NCBI GenBank assembly: GCA_036677065.1
Contig: JAKFBS010000004.1
Span: 352,001-416,000, forward strand
Source of the DNA: Bdellovibrio sp.
GTDB taxonomy: Bacteria > Bdellovibrionota > Bdellovibrionia > Bdellovibrionales > Bdellovibrionaceae
Direction: 5' to 3'
Length of the DNA stretch: 64,000 bases
Both the position numbers and the translations under genes were made by a program. Below, piece by piece: positions 10,467 through 19,914 of this stretch (the stretch's first letter is position 1; every line of letters starts with the position of its first letter). The notes beneath the pieces were generated by a model. That model was not told the origin of the DNA. It was given only the letters and a program-made list of their open reading frames with translations, and ran no database searches.

Positions 10467-11018
10467 ATGTTCAAAATTTTTCTTTTCGTATTCTTATTTA
10501 GTTTCTGTACGTTCGCGCACGCGCTTAATGTTCTTCAAACTCAAATCAGCAAATGCGGTTTGAGTTTTCCGAATATGAATAAGATCACCAATTACAACCA
10601 GCTGTACGCAGCCATTGATAAAAAATATCTTTTATATGCTGAAAAAACCATGGAGCGCGAAGTTCTATACAAGTCTCGTGGCGTGGAATATAAATTAAAA
10701 GTGATCAACGATGTGATGTCTCTTTTTCGTTTTGGCGAAGAGGGGCGTGTGATTGCGACCAATATTGATATCCCGAAACCAGTTGATGCAAAGCAGAAAA
10801 TCACTACAGTGAAGGGTAAAGTTAAACAGCTTACCTTAAATGCAAAGATTCAAGAGGACTGGGGCCAGTATTCTGAGCAACGTGAGAACGGTGTTCAAAT
10901 CGAATACAGTATCCGTAACTCTAAAATCAGTCAGATGAAAATTGATCTGACGAAAACTAAGCAAGTTCTAGACTGCAAAGTGAAGAACGAATCTGAAGTT
11001 TGTTATTGTCTAAAATAG
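10467..11018 (+). CDS. secreted hypothetical protein
   Basis: Signal peptide ending AHA; Cys near both ends. Confidence 0.75.
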   Translation: MFKIFLFVFLFSFCTFAHALNVLQTQISKCGLSFPNMNKITNYNQLYAAIDKKYLLYAEKTMEREVLYKSRGVEYKLKVINDVMSLFRFGEEGRVIATNIDIPKPVDAKQKITTVKGKVKQLTLNAKIQEDWGQYSEQRENGVQIEYSIRNSKISQMKIDLTKTKQVLDCKVKNESEVCYCLK

Positions 11019-11147
11019 TGCCTTAAAAAACACCTTGCATGCGTTGTTTGAATCCTTATACTTATTTATGTAAGTCATTGTTAACTTTGGAATTTTTCAG
11101 ATTTTTAAAGAGATTTTCAAGCAACGGATGATATTAGGAAATACAGC

Positions 11148-11498
11148 ATGAAGCACGACGCAAAAAAGGACACAGTTAAGGAAACAGTTAAAGTTTCTAG
11201 TAAGCCCACTTTCGATTTTAGAATCGCAGGTGTTTCTTATAAAATTAAAACTTCTCACGACGAACAAACTCTGCAAACTCTTGTTGAGTACGTTAACGGT
11301 AAAGTTACTGAAGCCATGAAAGCGACAAAAAATTCTTCTTTTCAAAATGCAGCTGTTTTAGCATCCCTAAATATCGCCGAAGAAATGATTCTTCTAAAAC
11401 GCAGAGCTCAAGCCGAACTAGAAAAACTAGAACAAAAAGCCTTAAAGCTTGCCCAAGAAATCGAAAATACCAAAGCGAACAAGTCTTTACACTTATAA
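11148..11498 (+). CDS. zapA: cell division protein ZapA
   Basis: FRIAGVSYKIK...AAVLASLNIAEE plus coiled coil; zapA-ygfA-rny synteny. Confidence 0.88.
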   Translation: MKHDAKKDTVKETVKVSSKPTFDFRIAGVSYKIKTSHDEQTLQTLVEYVNGKVTEAMKATKNSSFQNAAVLASLNIAEEMILLKRRAQAELEKLEQKALKLAQEIENTKANKSLHL

Positions 11499-11522
11499 CT
11501 TAACGCTTTGAGGTTTTGTAAA

Positions 11523-12116
11523 ATGTCTGATCCCACTAAATCTTTAAAAAAAGATTTACGTACTGCTGTTATAGCAGAGACGCTTTCACGCAGTGAAGGT
11601 GAGCGCACATTGCTATCGCGAAAAATACAAAGTAATTTATCTCAGTTCATGCAAACTCAATCTGGTTATTGGGGAGCATTTAAAGGCATGCATTCAGAAC
11701 CACAAATCAATTTTGATCAGCTAGGCGTAAAATGCTGTTACCCAAAAGTCGTGGGTGAGGATTTAGAATTCTACGCTGATGTGAATGAATGGACTGATTC
11801 TAATTTAAAAGTTCAAGAGCCCGTTTCTGGAACCAAGGTGAACCTTTCTGACCTATCGGGAATATTTGTCCCAGCGTTGGCGTTTCATGCCGATGGTCAC
11901 CGCCTAGGTAGAGGTAAAGGTTATTACGACCGAACGTTAGCCGATTTTATCGGTTTAAAAGTAGGCGTGTGTTTTCAATTTAATATTTTAAATTCTGTAC
12001 CGACTGAAAGTCATGATGTGGGTATGGATTGTATCATTACCGATGAAAAAATTATTCAAGCTCGTGGGGGGAACCCCCCTCAAGGGACCAGAGGAGACCA
12101 GAGATCATGGAATTAA
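11523..12116 (+). CDS. 5-formyltetrahydrofolate cyclo-ligase
   Basis: VPALAF, RLGRGKGYYDR, HDVGMDCIIT. Confidence 0.92.
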   Translation: MSDPTKSLKKDLRTAVIAETLSRSEGERTLLSRKIQSNLSQFMQTQSGYWGAFKGMHSEPQINFDQLGVKCCYPKVVGEDLEFYADVNEWTDSNLKVQEPVSGTKVNLSDLSGIFVPALAFHADGHRLGRGKGYYDRTLADFIGLKVGVCFQFNILNSVPTESHDVGMDCIITDEKIIQARGGNPPQGTRGDQRSWN

Positions 12117-13669
12117 TAATAGCCGCCGTTGTGGGATTAGTGATTGGCGCATTCGCAGTGTTTGCAGCCATTCGTATGCACGAACAAAGCACAAAAAAAA
12201 CCGCACAAGGTGAAGCTGACAAAATCATTAACAAAGCAAAATCAGAAGCTTCTAAAATCAAAAAAGATTCTGAAACAAAATCTAAAGATTTTGAAACTAA
12301 AGCCCGCAAAACTGTTGAGACAGAAATTAACAAACAAAAAGCGCAGTTAAAAAATAAAGAAACGCAATTTGAGCGCCGTCTTAAAGAAATCGAAGACCAG
12401 CACAAACACAGAAACGATGAGAATGAAAAATTCGCTCAAAGTTTAAAAGACCGCCAAGAAAAAATTCATATTGCTGAAGCCCGTTTACGTGAGTCTGAAA
12501 AAACAACTCAAGATCAAATTCAGTTCGTGCAAAAGAAATTAGAAAACGTTGCAGGCATGTCACAAGACCAAGCTAAACGTGAATTATTTCAAGTGTTAGA
12601 AGAGACAGCTAAAAAAGAAGCGGCTGCAAAAATTGCTGAAATCGAAGAACAAGCTATGAAAGATTCTGATCGCAAGACCAGAAACATTATCGCCCGTGCA
12701 TTAGCTCGTTTTGCTTCAGAGTACACTTCAGAACGTACTGTAACTGTGATGCAATTAACTTCAGACGAGATGAAAGGTAAAATCATCGGTCGTGAAGGTC
12801 GCAACATCAGAACTCTAGAAGCTATGTGTGGTGTGGATTTAATCGTTGATGATACTCCAGAAACAATCGTGATCTCGGGTTTTGATCCGGTAAGACGCGA
12901 ATTAGCCCGTCGTACAATTGATAAATTAATGGAAGACGGCCGTGTTCATCCGGCTCGTATTGAAGAAGTAGTTGAAAAACAAAAATCTGAATTACAAAAA
13001 TCGATGAAAGAAGAAGGCGATAAAGTAATCAATGAGTTAGGCCTGGCAGGTATGCACGGCGAACTTGTGAAATACGTTGGCGCATTAAAATACAGAAATT
13101 TACATGCGCAAAATGCATTAAACCATTCATTAGAAGTAGCCCACATCTCTGGGTTATTAGCTGCAGAACTTGGTTACAATGTGAAGTTAGCAAAACGCGC
13201 CGGTGTTTTACACGGTATTGGTTTAGCTGCAGATCATTCAATGGAAGGCAGCTACTCTCAAGTCGGAGCTGAAATCGCCAAAAAATTAGGTGAAAACGAA
13301 GAAGTATGTCACGCAATTGGCGCGCACAATGATGATAAACATCAATCAGTGTTGGCTTGGATCGTACATGCGGCAAATATCTTATCAAATTCTCGTCCAG
13401 GTGCTCGTCGTCCACAAATGGATAGCTTTATTAACCGCTTAAAAGAATTAGAAAGTATTTCGAATTCTTTTGATGGCGTTATTAAATCTGTGGCCTTACA
13501 AGCCGGACGTGAAGTGCGCGTGTTAGTTGAAAGCTCACGTGTAACTGATGACCAATCAGTGATGTTAGCTCGTGATATTATCAAAAAAATCGAACGTGAA
13601 ATGCCGCATGCTGGTGGCGTAAAAGTTACGGTAGTTCGTGAATCACGCGCGGTTGAGATTGCGAGATAG
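12107..13669 (+). CDS. rny: ribonuclease Y homolog with degenerate HD domain
   Basis: N-terminal TM helix, coiled coil, KH (KGKIIGREGRNIR), SRPGARR, QAGREVRV; HD motif reads HG. Confidence 0.93.
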   Translation: MELIIAAVVGLVIGAFAVFAAIRMHEQSTKKTAQGEADKIINKAKSEASKIKKDSETKSKDFETKARKTVETEINKQKAQLKNKETQFERRLKEIEDQHKHRNDENEKFAQSLKDRQEKIHIAEARLRESEKTTQDQIQFVQKKLENVAGMSQDQAKRELFQVLEETAKKEAAAKIAEIEEQAMKDSDRKTRNIIARALARFASEYTSERTVTVMQLTSDEMKGKIIGREGRNIRTLEAMCGVDLIVDDTPETIVISGFDPVRRELARRTIDKLMEDGRVHPARIEEVVEKQKSELQKSMKEEGDKVINELGLAGMHGELVKYVGALKYRNLHAQNALNHSLEVAHISGLLAAELGYNVKLAKRAGVLHGIGLAADHSMEGSYSQVGAEIAKKLGENEEVCHAIGAHNDDKHQSVLAWIVHAANILSNSRPGARRPQMDSFINRLKELESISNSFDGVIKSVALQAGREVRVLVESSRVTDDQSVMLARDIIKKIEREMPHAGGVKVTVVRESRAVEIAR

Positions 13670-13672
13670 TTA

Positions 13673-14908
13673 ATGTCAAACTCACAATTGACACAGCTAC
13701 CTGCGCAGGAACAGCTAGAAATTATCAAACACGGAACCGTGGATTTTATCTCGGAAGCTGATTTCTTAAAAAAATTAAGAAAAAGCGTCGAGAGCAAAAA
13801 GCCCTTACGTATTAAATTAGGCGCAGATCCAAATCGTCCGGACATTCATTTGGGTCACACTGTGGTGATTAATAAACTTAAAATCTTACAAGATCTTGGG
13901 CACCACATTCAGTTTTTAATCGGGGATTTCACGGCCTTGATCGGCGATCCAACGGGTAAAAACACAACTCGTCCAATTTTATCGCGTGAAGAGATCGAAG
14001 AAAATGCGAAGTCATATGAAACGCAGATTTTTAAAATCTTAGATCCTGAAAAAACTGAAATCGTTTACAACTCGGCGTGGTTATTAAAATTAACATCGAT
14101 CGATTTTATCAAACTTGCAGCTCAATGTACGGTAGCGCAAATGTTAGAGCGCGATGATTTTACAAAGCGCTATAAATCAGGAACTGCGATTTCATTACAT
14201 GAATTTATGTATCCACTTTGCCAAGGATATGACTCTGTAGCTATGAAAACAGATTTAGAACTTGGTGGAACCGATCAAAAGTTTAATTTATTAATGGGGC
14301 GTACACTGCAGGGTTCTTATGGCCAAGAACCGCAATGTATTTTAACAATGCCAATCCTTGAGGGATTAGATGGCGTTAATAAAATGTCTAAGTCATTAGA
14401 CAATTACATCGGTGTGAATGAATCACCAAAAGACATGTTTGGTAAAACCATGCGTGTTTCTGACCAGTTAATGTTTAGATATTACGAATTATTAACTGAC
14501 CTTCGCCCAAGTGAAGTGGCGCAGTTAAAAGCCGATGTTGAATCTAAGAAAAAACATCCTCGTGAAGTGAAAGTGAATCTAGCCAAATTCTTAGTGGCTC
14601 GTTTTCATTCACAAGCTGCAGCACAAGCGGCAGAAGATGAGTTCAACCGTATCTTTGTCGATAAAGGTCTTCCGGATCAAATCGATGATTTTAAAATTGC
14701 AGCGCAAAATATTGGCTTGGCTCAGTTAATGACATTATCAGCATTGACGGCTTCAAACGGTGAAGCTGCGCGCCTAATTACTGGCGGTGGTGTTAGCATT
14801 GATCAAGAAAAAGTTTCTGATAGTAAACTTAAACTTGATCTGAAACCGGGAAGTGCATTTGTGCTTCGTGCCGGTAAGAAAAAATTTATTAAGATTGTGG
14901 TGGAATAA
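13673..14908 (+). CDS. tyrS: tyrosine--tRNA ligase
   Basis: [18 protein letters not shown]-terminal S4 domain. Confidence 0.97.
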   Translation: MSNSQLTQLPAQEQLEIIKHGTVDFISEADFLKKLRKSVESKKPLRIKLGADPNRPDIHLGHTVVINKLKILQDLGHHIQFLIGDFTALIGDPTGKNTTRPILSREEIEENAKSYETQIFKILDPEKTEIVYNSAWLLKLTSIDFIKLAAQCTVAQMLERDDFTKRYKSGTAISLHEFMYPLCQGYDSVAMKTDLELGGTDQKFNLLMGRTLQGSYGQEPQCILTMPILEGLDGVNKMSKSLDNYIGVNESPKDMFGKTMRVSDQLMFRYYELLTDLRPSEVAQLKADVESKKKHPREVKVNLAKFLVARFHSQAAAQAAEDEFNRIFVDKGLPDQIDDFKIAAQNIGLAQLMTLSALTASNGEAARLITGGGVSIDQEKVSDSKLKLDLKPGSAFVLRAGKKKFIKIVVE

Positions 14909-14909
14909 C

Positions 14910-15305
14910 ATGCGTATCAAGTTTTTACCTTCAGGTGTAGAGATTCCAGTTGATCCAACAAAAAGTTTATTAAAACTTGCGACAGAAAATGGCGTAAAGA
15001 TTAAATCTGTTTGCGGCGGCGTAGCTTCTTGCTCAGAGTGTCGTATTAAGATTATTGAAGGCGCACACTGTGTGCCAGAACCTTCAAAAGCCGAATTAAA
15101 TCTGATCGGAACATCATACTACTTAGACGGGCGCAGACTGGCCTGCCAGGTTAAATGTTTTGGCTCGATCACTGTTGATTTAACAGAGCAGTTAAATAAA
15201 GCCGACACGCAAAAGAAAATCAAAGGCATGAGAGTTAAAGATCAAAAAGAAATTCATGCTAAGCAAGACACGATGATTTTGACCGAGACAAAAGACAAAA
15301 AATAA
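14910..15305 (+). CDS. 2Fe-2S ferredoxin-like protein
   Basis: CGGVASCSEC...RLACQ; ATG 14910 two bases after the tyrS stop. Confidence 0.88.
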   Translation: MRIKFLPSGVEIPVDPTKSLLKLATENGVKIKSVCGGVASCSECRIKIIEGAHCVPEPSKAELNLIGTSYYLDGRRLACQVKCFGSITVDLTEQLNKADTQKKIKGMRVKDQKEIHAKQDTMILTETKDKK

Positions 15306-15309
15306 CTAA

Positions 15310-15501
15310 CTAACCGTAAGCTTTGTCGATGGTAAAACTTTTGATTTTGCCATCGATCACATCGTAAGTTAATTGAATGGGATTACAGCAGACTTCGCAG
15401 TCTTCAACATAGGTCTGAGCCCCAGCTTCTGACACATCTAAAAGCATCGATATTTTCTCTAAACAGTACGGACATTTAAAAAACTTTTCGATCTCTTCCA
15501 T
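15310..15501 (-). CDS. CPXCG-type cysteine-rich Zn-ribbon protein
   Basis: CPYC...YVEDCEVCCNPI. Confidence 0.85.
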   Translation of the reverse strand: MEEIEKFFKCPYCLEKISMLLDVSEAGAQTYVEDCEVCCNPIQLTYDVIDGKIKSFTIDKAYG

Positions 15502-15584
15502 ACGATATTATAGCGACATTTAACGCCGCATTATCAACCCCTAAACAACTTTTTGACGTAATAAGCATTTTATGCGGTTTAGGA

Positions 15585-15600
15585 TGGTCGACGGATTGCT
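15585..15600 (+). promoter_or_regulatory. sigma54-like -24/-12 promoter
   Basis: TGGTCGACGGATTGCT = GG-N10-GC. Confidence 0.45.
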
Positions 15601-15615
15601 CTAATGAATGATCCT

Positions 15616-16965
15616 ATGGGCAAATTATCATTATTATCAATCGTATCAATGTTTATGTTTACCTTCACTTTGGCGAACCACGCGCAGGCTCAGGGTATGT
15701 GCGTAGACATATTTAACGAAGAGCGTGCAAGCATCTTCAACTTCGATAAAATGTCAGAGATTGAGCGTAGTGAAGCTACGGCTGAATTTAAAAAATTCGA
15801 TCAAAAGATTCGTGGTTTAGAAAAACGTATCCGCATGTACAGCGAACTAACTGGTTCAGAGACAAATCGTACCTTAGTAGAAGCTGAAAGTTATGCGGTA
15901 AAAATCAAAGACCAGGTTCGTTTAGGTTTAACAACAAAAGTCGTTGAAAAAATTGGTCCTTTATTTAAACGTTACGAAGTAGATATTCGCGCCGCCGAAA
16001 AATTAAAAATCGAAATTTCTTTATTAAGTGAGTACCTGGTGCGTGAAGCTACAAATGAGAAAAAACCCGAGATCGAAAAGATGATCAGAGGTAAACAGGC
16101 CGAAAAAAATGTTTTAGAAAAGCATATCGGACAAAACTATTACCGTTATATTACTCTTAAAGAAGCTTTAAACCAAATGTCTATCTCTAAAGTACAAGTT
16201 GTTTCTGAGCGCGCAAACATTGTAATAGCTGAACTTGAAGCTTTAGCAACTAATCATGCGGCGACTTATGGTTTAGAGTTTAAAAGATTTACGACGACTG
16301 ATGTAAAACGTTACGTACAGTCAAATATCAAAACACAGCATGCACTATTAAAAAAAGCCGCAGTAGATGAGTTTTTCTTAATGTTACGTTTAATGACATT
16401 CAGTGGCCCAATTGTGAATGGATTAAAGTCAGTACTTTATAAAATTCCAGAGAAAATTGTTATGGGGCCTTTTATGGTTCCGGCTCGCAAAGTGATTACT
16501 GAAGCTTTTAATGTCGGGTATAATAAACATTTACGCAGCACTTATTTAGAAGACATCGAAATGATCATTGAAGCTAAATCTCCGGCTGAACAGTTCGAAT
16601 TATTACGCTCATTAAATGTGAAGTCTGAAAAACCAGATGAATTAATAGAACTATTTTCACGTGTAGTTGAAAACACTGAAGAATGGGAAGCGATCAAGTC
16701 AGTATCAGCTTCAAAAGCTTCTGAAAACGAGCGCTACAGATTATTTAATGAACGTCTTTTAGAAGCTGACAGAAGAGCTTTAGCAAAAGATGCGTTTCCG
16801 CTTTATTACCAAGAGTCGGGTGCAAATGCTTTCGGTAAAATTATTTTAGGTTCTTATGTAGGTGCATATATGGGTAACAAATATTTACAAGCTCACCCTG
16901 AGGTGACGCAGTCATTTTTTGAAGGCTTAAATACTTTTACGACTTCGATTCAAAGTTTATTCTAA
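15616..16965 (+). CDS. secreted alpha-helical/coiled-coil hypothetical protein
   Basis: Signal peptide (AQA), CVDIF after cleavage, coiled coils, hydrophobic segments in C-terminal half; ORF track start 15604. Confidence 0.8.
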   Translation: MGKLSLLSIVSMFMFTFTLANHAQAQGMCVDIFNEERASIFNFDKMSEIERSEATAEFKKFDQKIRGLEKRIRMYSELTGSETNRTLVEAESYAVKIKDQVRLGLTTKVVEKIGPLFKRYEVDIRAAEKLKIEISLLSEYLVREATNEKKPEIEKMIRGKQAEKNVLEKHIGQNYYRYITLKEALNQMSISKVQVVSERANIVIAELEALATNHAATYGLEFKRFTTTDVKRYVQSNIKTQHALLKKAAVDEFFLMLRLMTFSGPIVNGLKSVLYKIPEKIVMGPFMVPARKVITEAFNVGYNKHLRSTYLEDIEMIIEAKSPAEQFELLRSLNVKSEKPDELIELFSRVVENTEEWEAIKSVSASKASENERYRLFNERLLEADRRALAKDAFPLYYQESGANAFGKIILGSYVGAYMGNKYLQAHPEVTQSFFEGLNTFTTSIQSLF

Positions 16966-16988
16966 GTTTCGTATAACAATTTGAAATG

Positions 16989-17018
16989 AAAAGGGAGCTT
17001 GTTAAGCTCCCTTTTTTT
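16989..17018. terminator. bidirectional intrinsic terminator
   Basis: AAAAGGGAGCTT-GTT-AAGCTCCCTTTT between convergent genes. Confidence 0.9.
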
Positions 17019-17338
17019 TATTCTTCGCGGTCTTGAGTTTCGTCAGTTTGTTCTGGTGGCGGGCCGTGGTGACCGCGACCTTTACCACCGTGTTCGGGAG
17101 GGGTGAAGCCTTTACCTTGTAAGCAGGTTTTCATGGCTTCACGCTGTTCTTTGCTAGGACGTTCTCCTGATTCGCGTTCAGGCAGGCCTGCTTCTTCATG
17201 GCAAGCATCGAAAGCTTCTTTCATCTCGTCATTCATCATGGGAGGGCGACCACCGCCGCTGCCTTTTTGATCGCGAGCGTAGGCGATAGATAAAGATAGA
17301 CAAGAAATAAGTAAAATTCGAGGGATGAATGTTTTCAT
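17018..17338 (-). CDS. small secreted helix-hairpin protein (2 Cys, Gly/Pro/His/Met-rich ends)
   Basis: Signal peptide (AYA), AFDACHEE...EAMKTCLQ, AGGAG RBS. Confidence 0.85.
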   Translation of the reverse strand: MKTFIPRILLISCLSLSIAYARDQKGSGGGRPPMMNDEMKEAFDACHEEAGLPERESGERPSKEQREAMKTCLQGKGFTPPEHGGKGRGHHGPPPEQTDETQDREE

Positions 17339-17379
17339 CGGTAAGCTCCTTTGTTTGTAAGTCTAGAATAGAGCCCGAA

Positions 17380-17468
17380 TATTGAAAAAATATGGAAGAA
17401 ACAAATAAACTTTAGTCTTGTTTTGATACGGATTATAATAATCGGCCTGAATTCACAATTCTTCCACA
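17380..17468. promoter_or_regulatory. paired OmpR-type direct-repeat boxes in divergent promoter region
   Basis: Minus strand TTCCATA-N4-TTCAATA then TATTCT; plus strand ATTCACA-N4-TTCCACA then TAATCT; 11-bp period in both. Confidence 0.5.
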
Positions 17469-17500
17469 CTGTTTAACTAATCTAAGAGTGAACAAAAAAG

Positions 17501-19228
17501 ATGGGAAGATTTATGAAACATTGGCTCTTATATACAGCTGTAGTTTTTGCGCCTCTTACTAGTGTTGCACAGTATGGTTATGCAAATATGAACTTGCAAG
17601 GCAGTGGTTATTGGGGCGGCCAGCAAAACTGTGGTTATCAGCAAACCCAAAATATCGGGGGCATGCAAGCACTAGGTAAATCTCAAGCAGCTGAAAAATC
17701 TGAAGAAGAAAAAGCGGCAACAAGTCGGATCAGTGATTTAAAAAAACAACTAGCCAGCAAACAATTAGAAAAAAAGCGTGCTGAAAGCGAAATGCAAATG
17801 GCAGGTCGCAAGTCAGAACGCGTTTTTGATTCTGAGATTTTAGATTTCTTATTGGAAGTGCATATCGAAAAAGGTAACGAGTGCAAAAACTATAAAACTT
17901 TTCCGGCAAATCAGTGTATGGATCAGACAGCCACCGGAAGTACTGCCGTAGCTGAAGGAACTGTTGATGCCAGTGGTGCTCAAGTTATCACAAGCGAAGC
18001 TGTTAAATTTGATTGCGATGGTAAAGATGAGGTTCCGGATAAACTAAAAAATAAATGGACGATGGCAGGATCGGGTAGTTACTGTACGGCTAATTCTCGC
18101 AGCAGCGGTGGATCAATCTCGGCAAGTATTTGTAAAGATCAAACTTTACGAAGTGATGAACGTAAAAGTAGTGCTTCCTCTTCTGACTGTGGCCAACAAT
18201 TGACAAGCTATCGTAAAAACAGAATTAAACGCGATGATGTTCAATCTAAAATCGAAAGAATTGAAGATGACATCGAAAACCAACAAATGGCGATCGCAGA
18301 TGCTAAAGAGCGCCAAGCTTTAGAAAAATCATACCGTATGAGCAATTCGACAGAGGCAGCTTGTGAGGAGTGCGGTGATATGTCACGTGATGGCGGGCAA
18401 AAACAAAAATCAAATCGCGACTGGGGTAGCATTTTAGGAAACATCGGTGTGGGGTTAGGTTTAGCTTATGTCGGTAAACAATACGACGAATCGAATGCCG
18501 AATACTCAGCACAATTAGGTTATCCTCCACAAAGCGGCTATCCAACAGCGGTATCAATGGGTGCGCCTTATATCTTGAATGGAGTTTACGGCGCCGTGAA
18601 TGGATCAAGTGGGCAAGGTTCGTTTGGTTGTGGTAATGGCGTAAGCCAACAAGCGGGTATGAACGCATTTGGTTATCCGCAAAGTATGTTAGGCCAACAA
18701 ACGAACGGCGGTGGTATGTACACCATGGGTTACAATCCTTACAACTCAATGTATGGTAACACTTCGAATCCTTATGCAAGTGCATATGGTAATGCAAATC
18801 TAGGTTACGCAACGATGAATAATAATATGTATGGCTATGGCACAGGCACGATGAATAGCAACGCACTTGGCGGAAATAATTACCAAAGTCAGTTGTTATC
18901 TTTGCAATATCAACAGCAAATGGCGCAGTACCAATCGCAGTATTATCAGCAACAGTATCAACAACAAATGCAAGCCTACCAACAACAGCAGCAAACAACA
19001 CAGCAATCACAGCAGATTCAGCAAGAGATTTATAACTTACAGTTACGTTTGCAAAATATTAATACCGGAAACTACAATTATGGCACAACCACCAGCGGTT
19101 TAACTTACAGTGGTGGCTATTATGGGACTACGGGCAGCACTTCTACGCCGCCAACTTGGATTCCGGGGTCGACTAACACGATTTACACGGTGCCAACCAC
19201 CTATTCAACGACAACAAATGGGCGGTAA
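17501..19228 (+). CDS. secreted Cys-rich coiled-coil protein with Q/Y/G/N low-complexity C-terminus
   Basis: Signal peptide (SVA-Q), 10 Cys, two coiled coils, glycine-zipper-like WGSILGNIGVGLG, Q/Y/N/G/M-rich tail. Confidence 0.85.
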   Translation: MGRFMKHWLLYTAVVFAPLTSVAQYGYANMNLQGSGYWGGQQNCGYQQTQNIGGMQALGKSQAAEKSEEEKAATSRISDLKKQLASKQLEKKRAESEMQMAGRKSERVFDSEILDFLLEVHIEKGNECKNYKTFPANQCMDQTATGSTAVAEGTVDASGAQVITSEAVKFDCDGKDEVPDKLKNKWTMAGSGSYCTANSRSSGGSISASICKDQTLRSDERKSSASSSDCGQQLTSYRKNRIKRDDVQSKIERIEDDIENQQMAIADAKERQALEKSYRMSNSTEAACEECGDMSRDGGQKQKSNRDWGSILGNIGVGLGLAYVGKQYDESNAEYSAQLGYPPQSGYPTAVSMGAPYILNGVYGAVNGSSGQGSFGCGNGVSQQAGMNAFGYPQSMLGQQTNGGGMYTMGYNPYNSMYGNTSNPYASAYGNANLGYATMNNNMYGYGTGTMNSNALGGNNYQSQLLSLQYQQQMAQYQSQYYQQQYQQQMQAYQQQQQTTQQSQQIQQEIYNLQLRLQNINTGNYNYGTTTSGLTYSGGYYGTTGSTSTPPTWIPGSTNTIYTVPTTYSTTTNGR

Positions 19229-19236
19229 GATACATC

Positions 19237-19914
19237 ATGTTTATCCAAATAGTTGAAGATGATCCAATTTTAGCCCGCGCCCTGCAAGTTAACCTTGAGC
19301 TTGAATCACATAAAGTAGTGATTAACTCAAATTTAGAAAGTGCAAACAAACAGTTGCTGGCATCAACAATTGATTTCGTGATTTTAGATTTAGGTTTACC
19401 TGATGGCTCAGGTTTTAGTTACTTAGAAAAAATTAAAAAAGATTTTTCACATTTACCGGTGATTATTCTATCGGCACAGTCTGATGAAGACTCTGTCGTT
19501 AAAGGTTTAATGCTTGGTGCTAATGATTTCGTTAAAAAACCGTATAGTTACAAAGAACTTTCGGCTCGTATCCAGGTGATTGTTAAAAAACCAATCACCA
19601 AAGCTGCTGTAGTTGAATTTGCCGGTGTAAAAGTATACGAAGACGATCGGTTAGTTAAATACGACAAAACTACAATAGATTTTAATCGTCGTGAATTCGA
19701 TATTTTCTTTTATTTAATTAAAAATGCAGAACGCATTGTTTCGCGCGATTCGTTATTGCAGTTTCTGGATAAAGAATCAGAGATTTTTGATCGCACTATT
19801 GATTCACATATTAGTCATTTGCGTAAAAATTTAAAAAAACATGAAGTAAGTTCTTTAAAAATTTCATCAGTTTATGGCTTAGGCTACAGATTGGAAAAAA
19901 ATGATCAAGCATAG
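19237..19914 (+). CDS. OmpR-family response regulator
   Basis: VEDD, LDLGLPD, KKPY, RTIDSHISHLRK, VYGLGYRL. Confidence 0.93.
   Translation: MFIQIVEDDPILARALQVNLELESHKVVINSNLESANKQLLASTIDFVILDLGLPDGSGFSYLEKIKKDFSHLPVIILSAQSDEDSVVKGLMLGANDFVKKPYSYKELSARIQVIVKKPITKAAVVEFAGVKVYEDDRLVKYDKTTIDFNRREFDIFFYLIKNAERIVSRDSLLQFLDKESEIFDRTIDSHISHLRKNLKKHEVSSLKISSVYGLGYRLEKNDQA

Noticed and set aside
18303..19103. 235-aa antisense and 78-aa alternative-frame ORFs inside the 575-aa gene
   Set aside because: By-products of low-complexity codons; the main frame explains the sequence.
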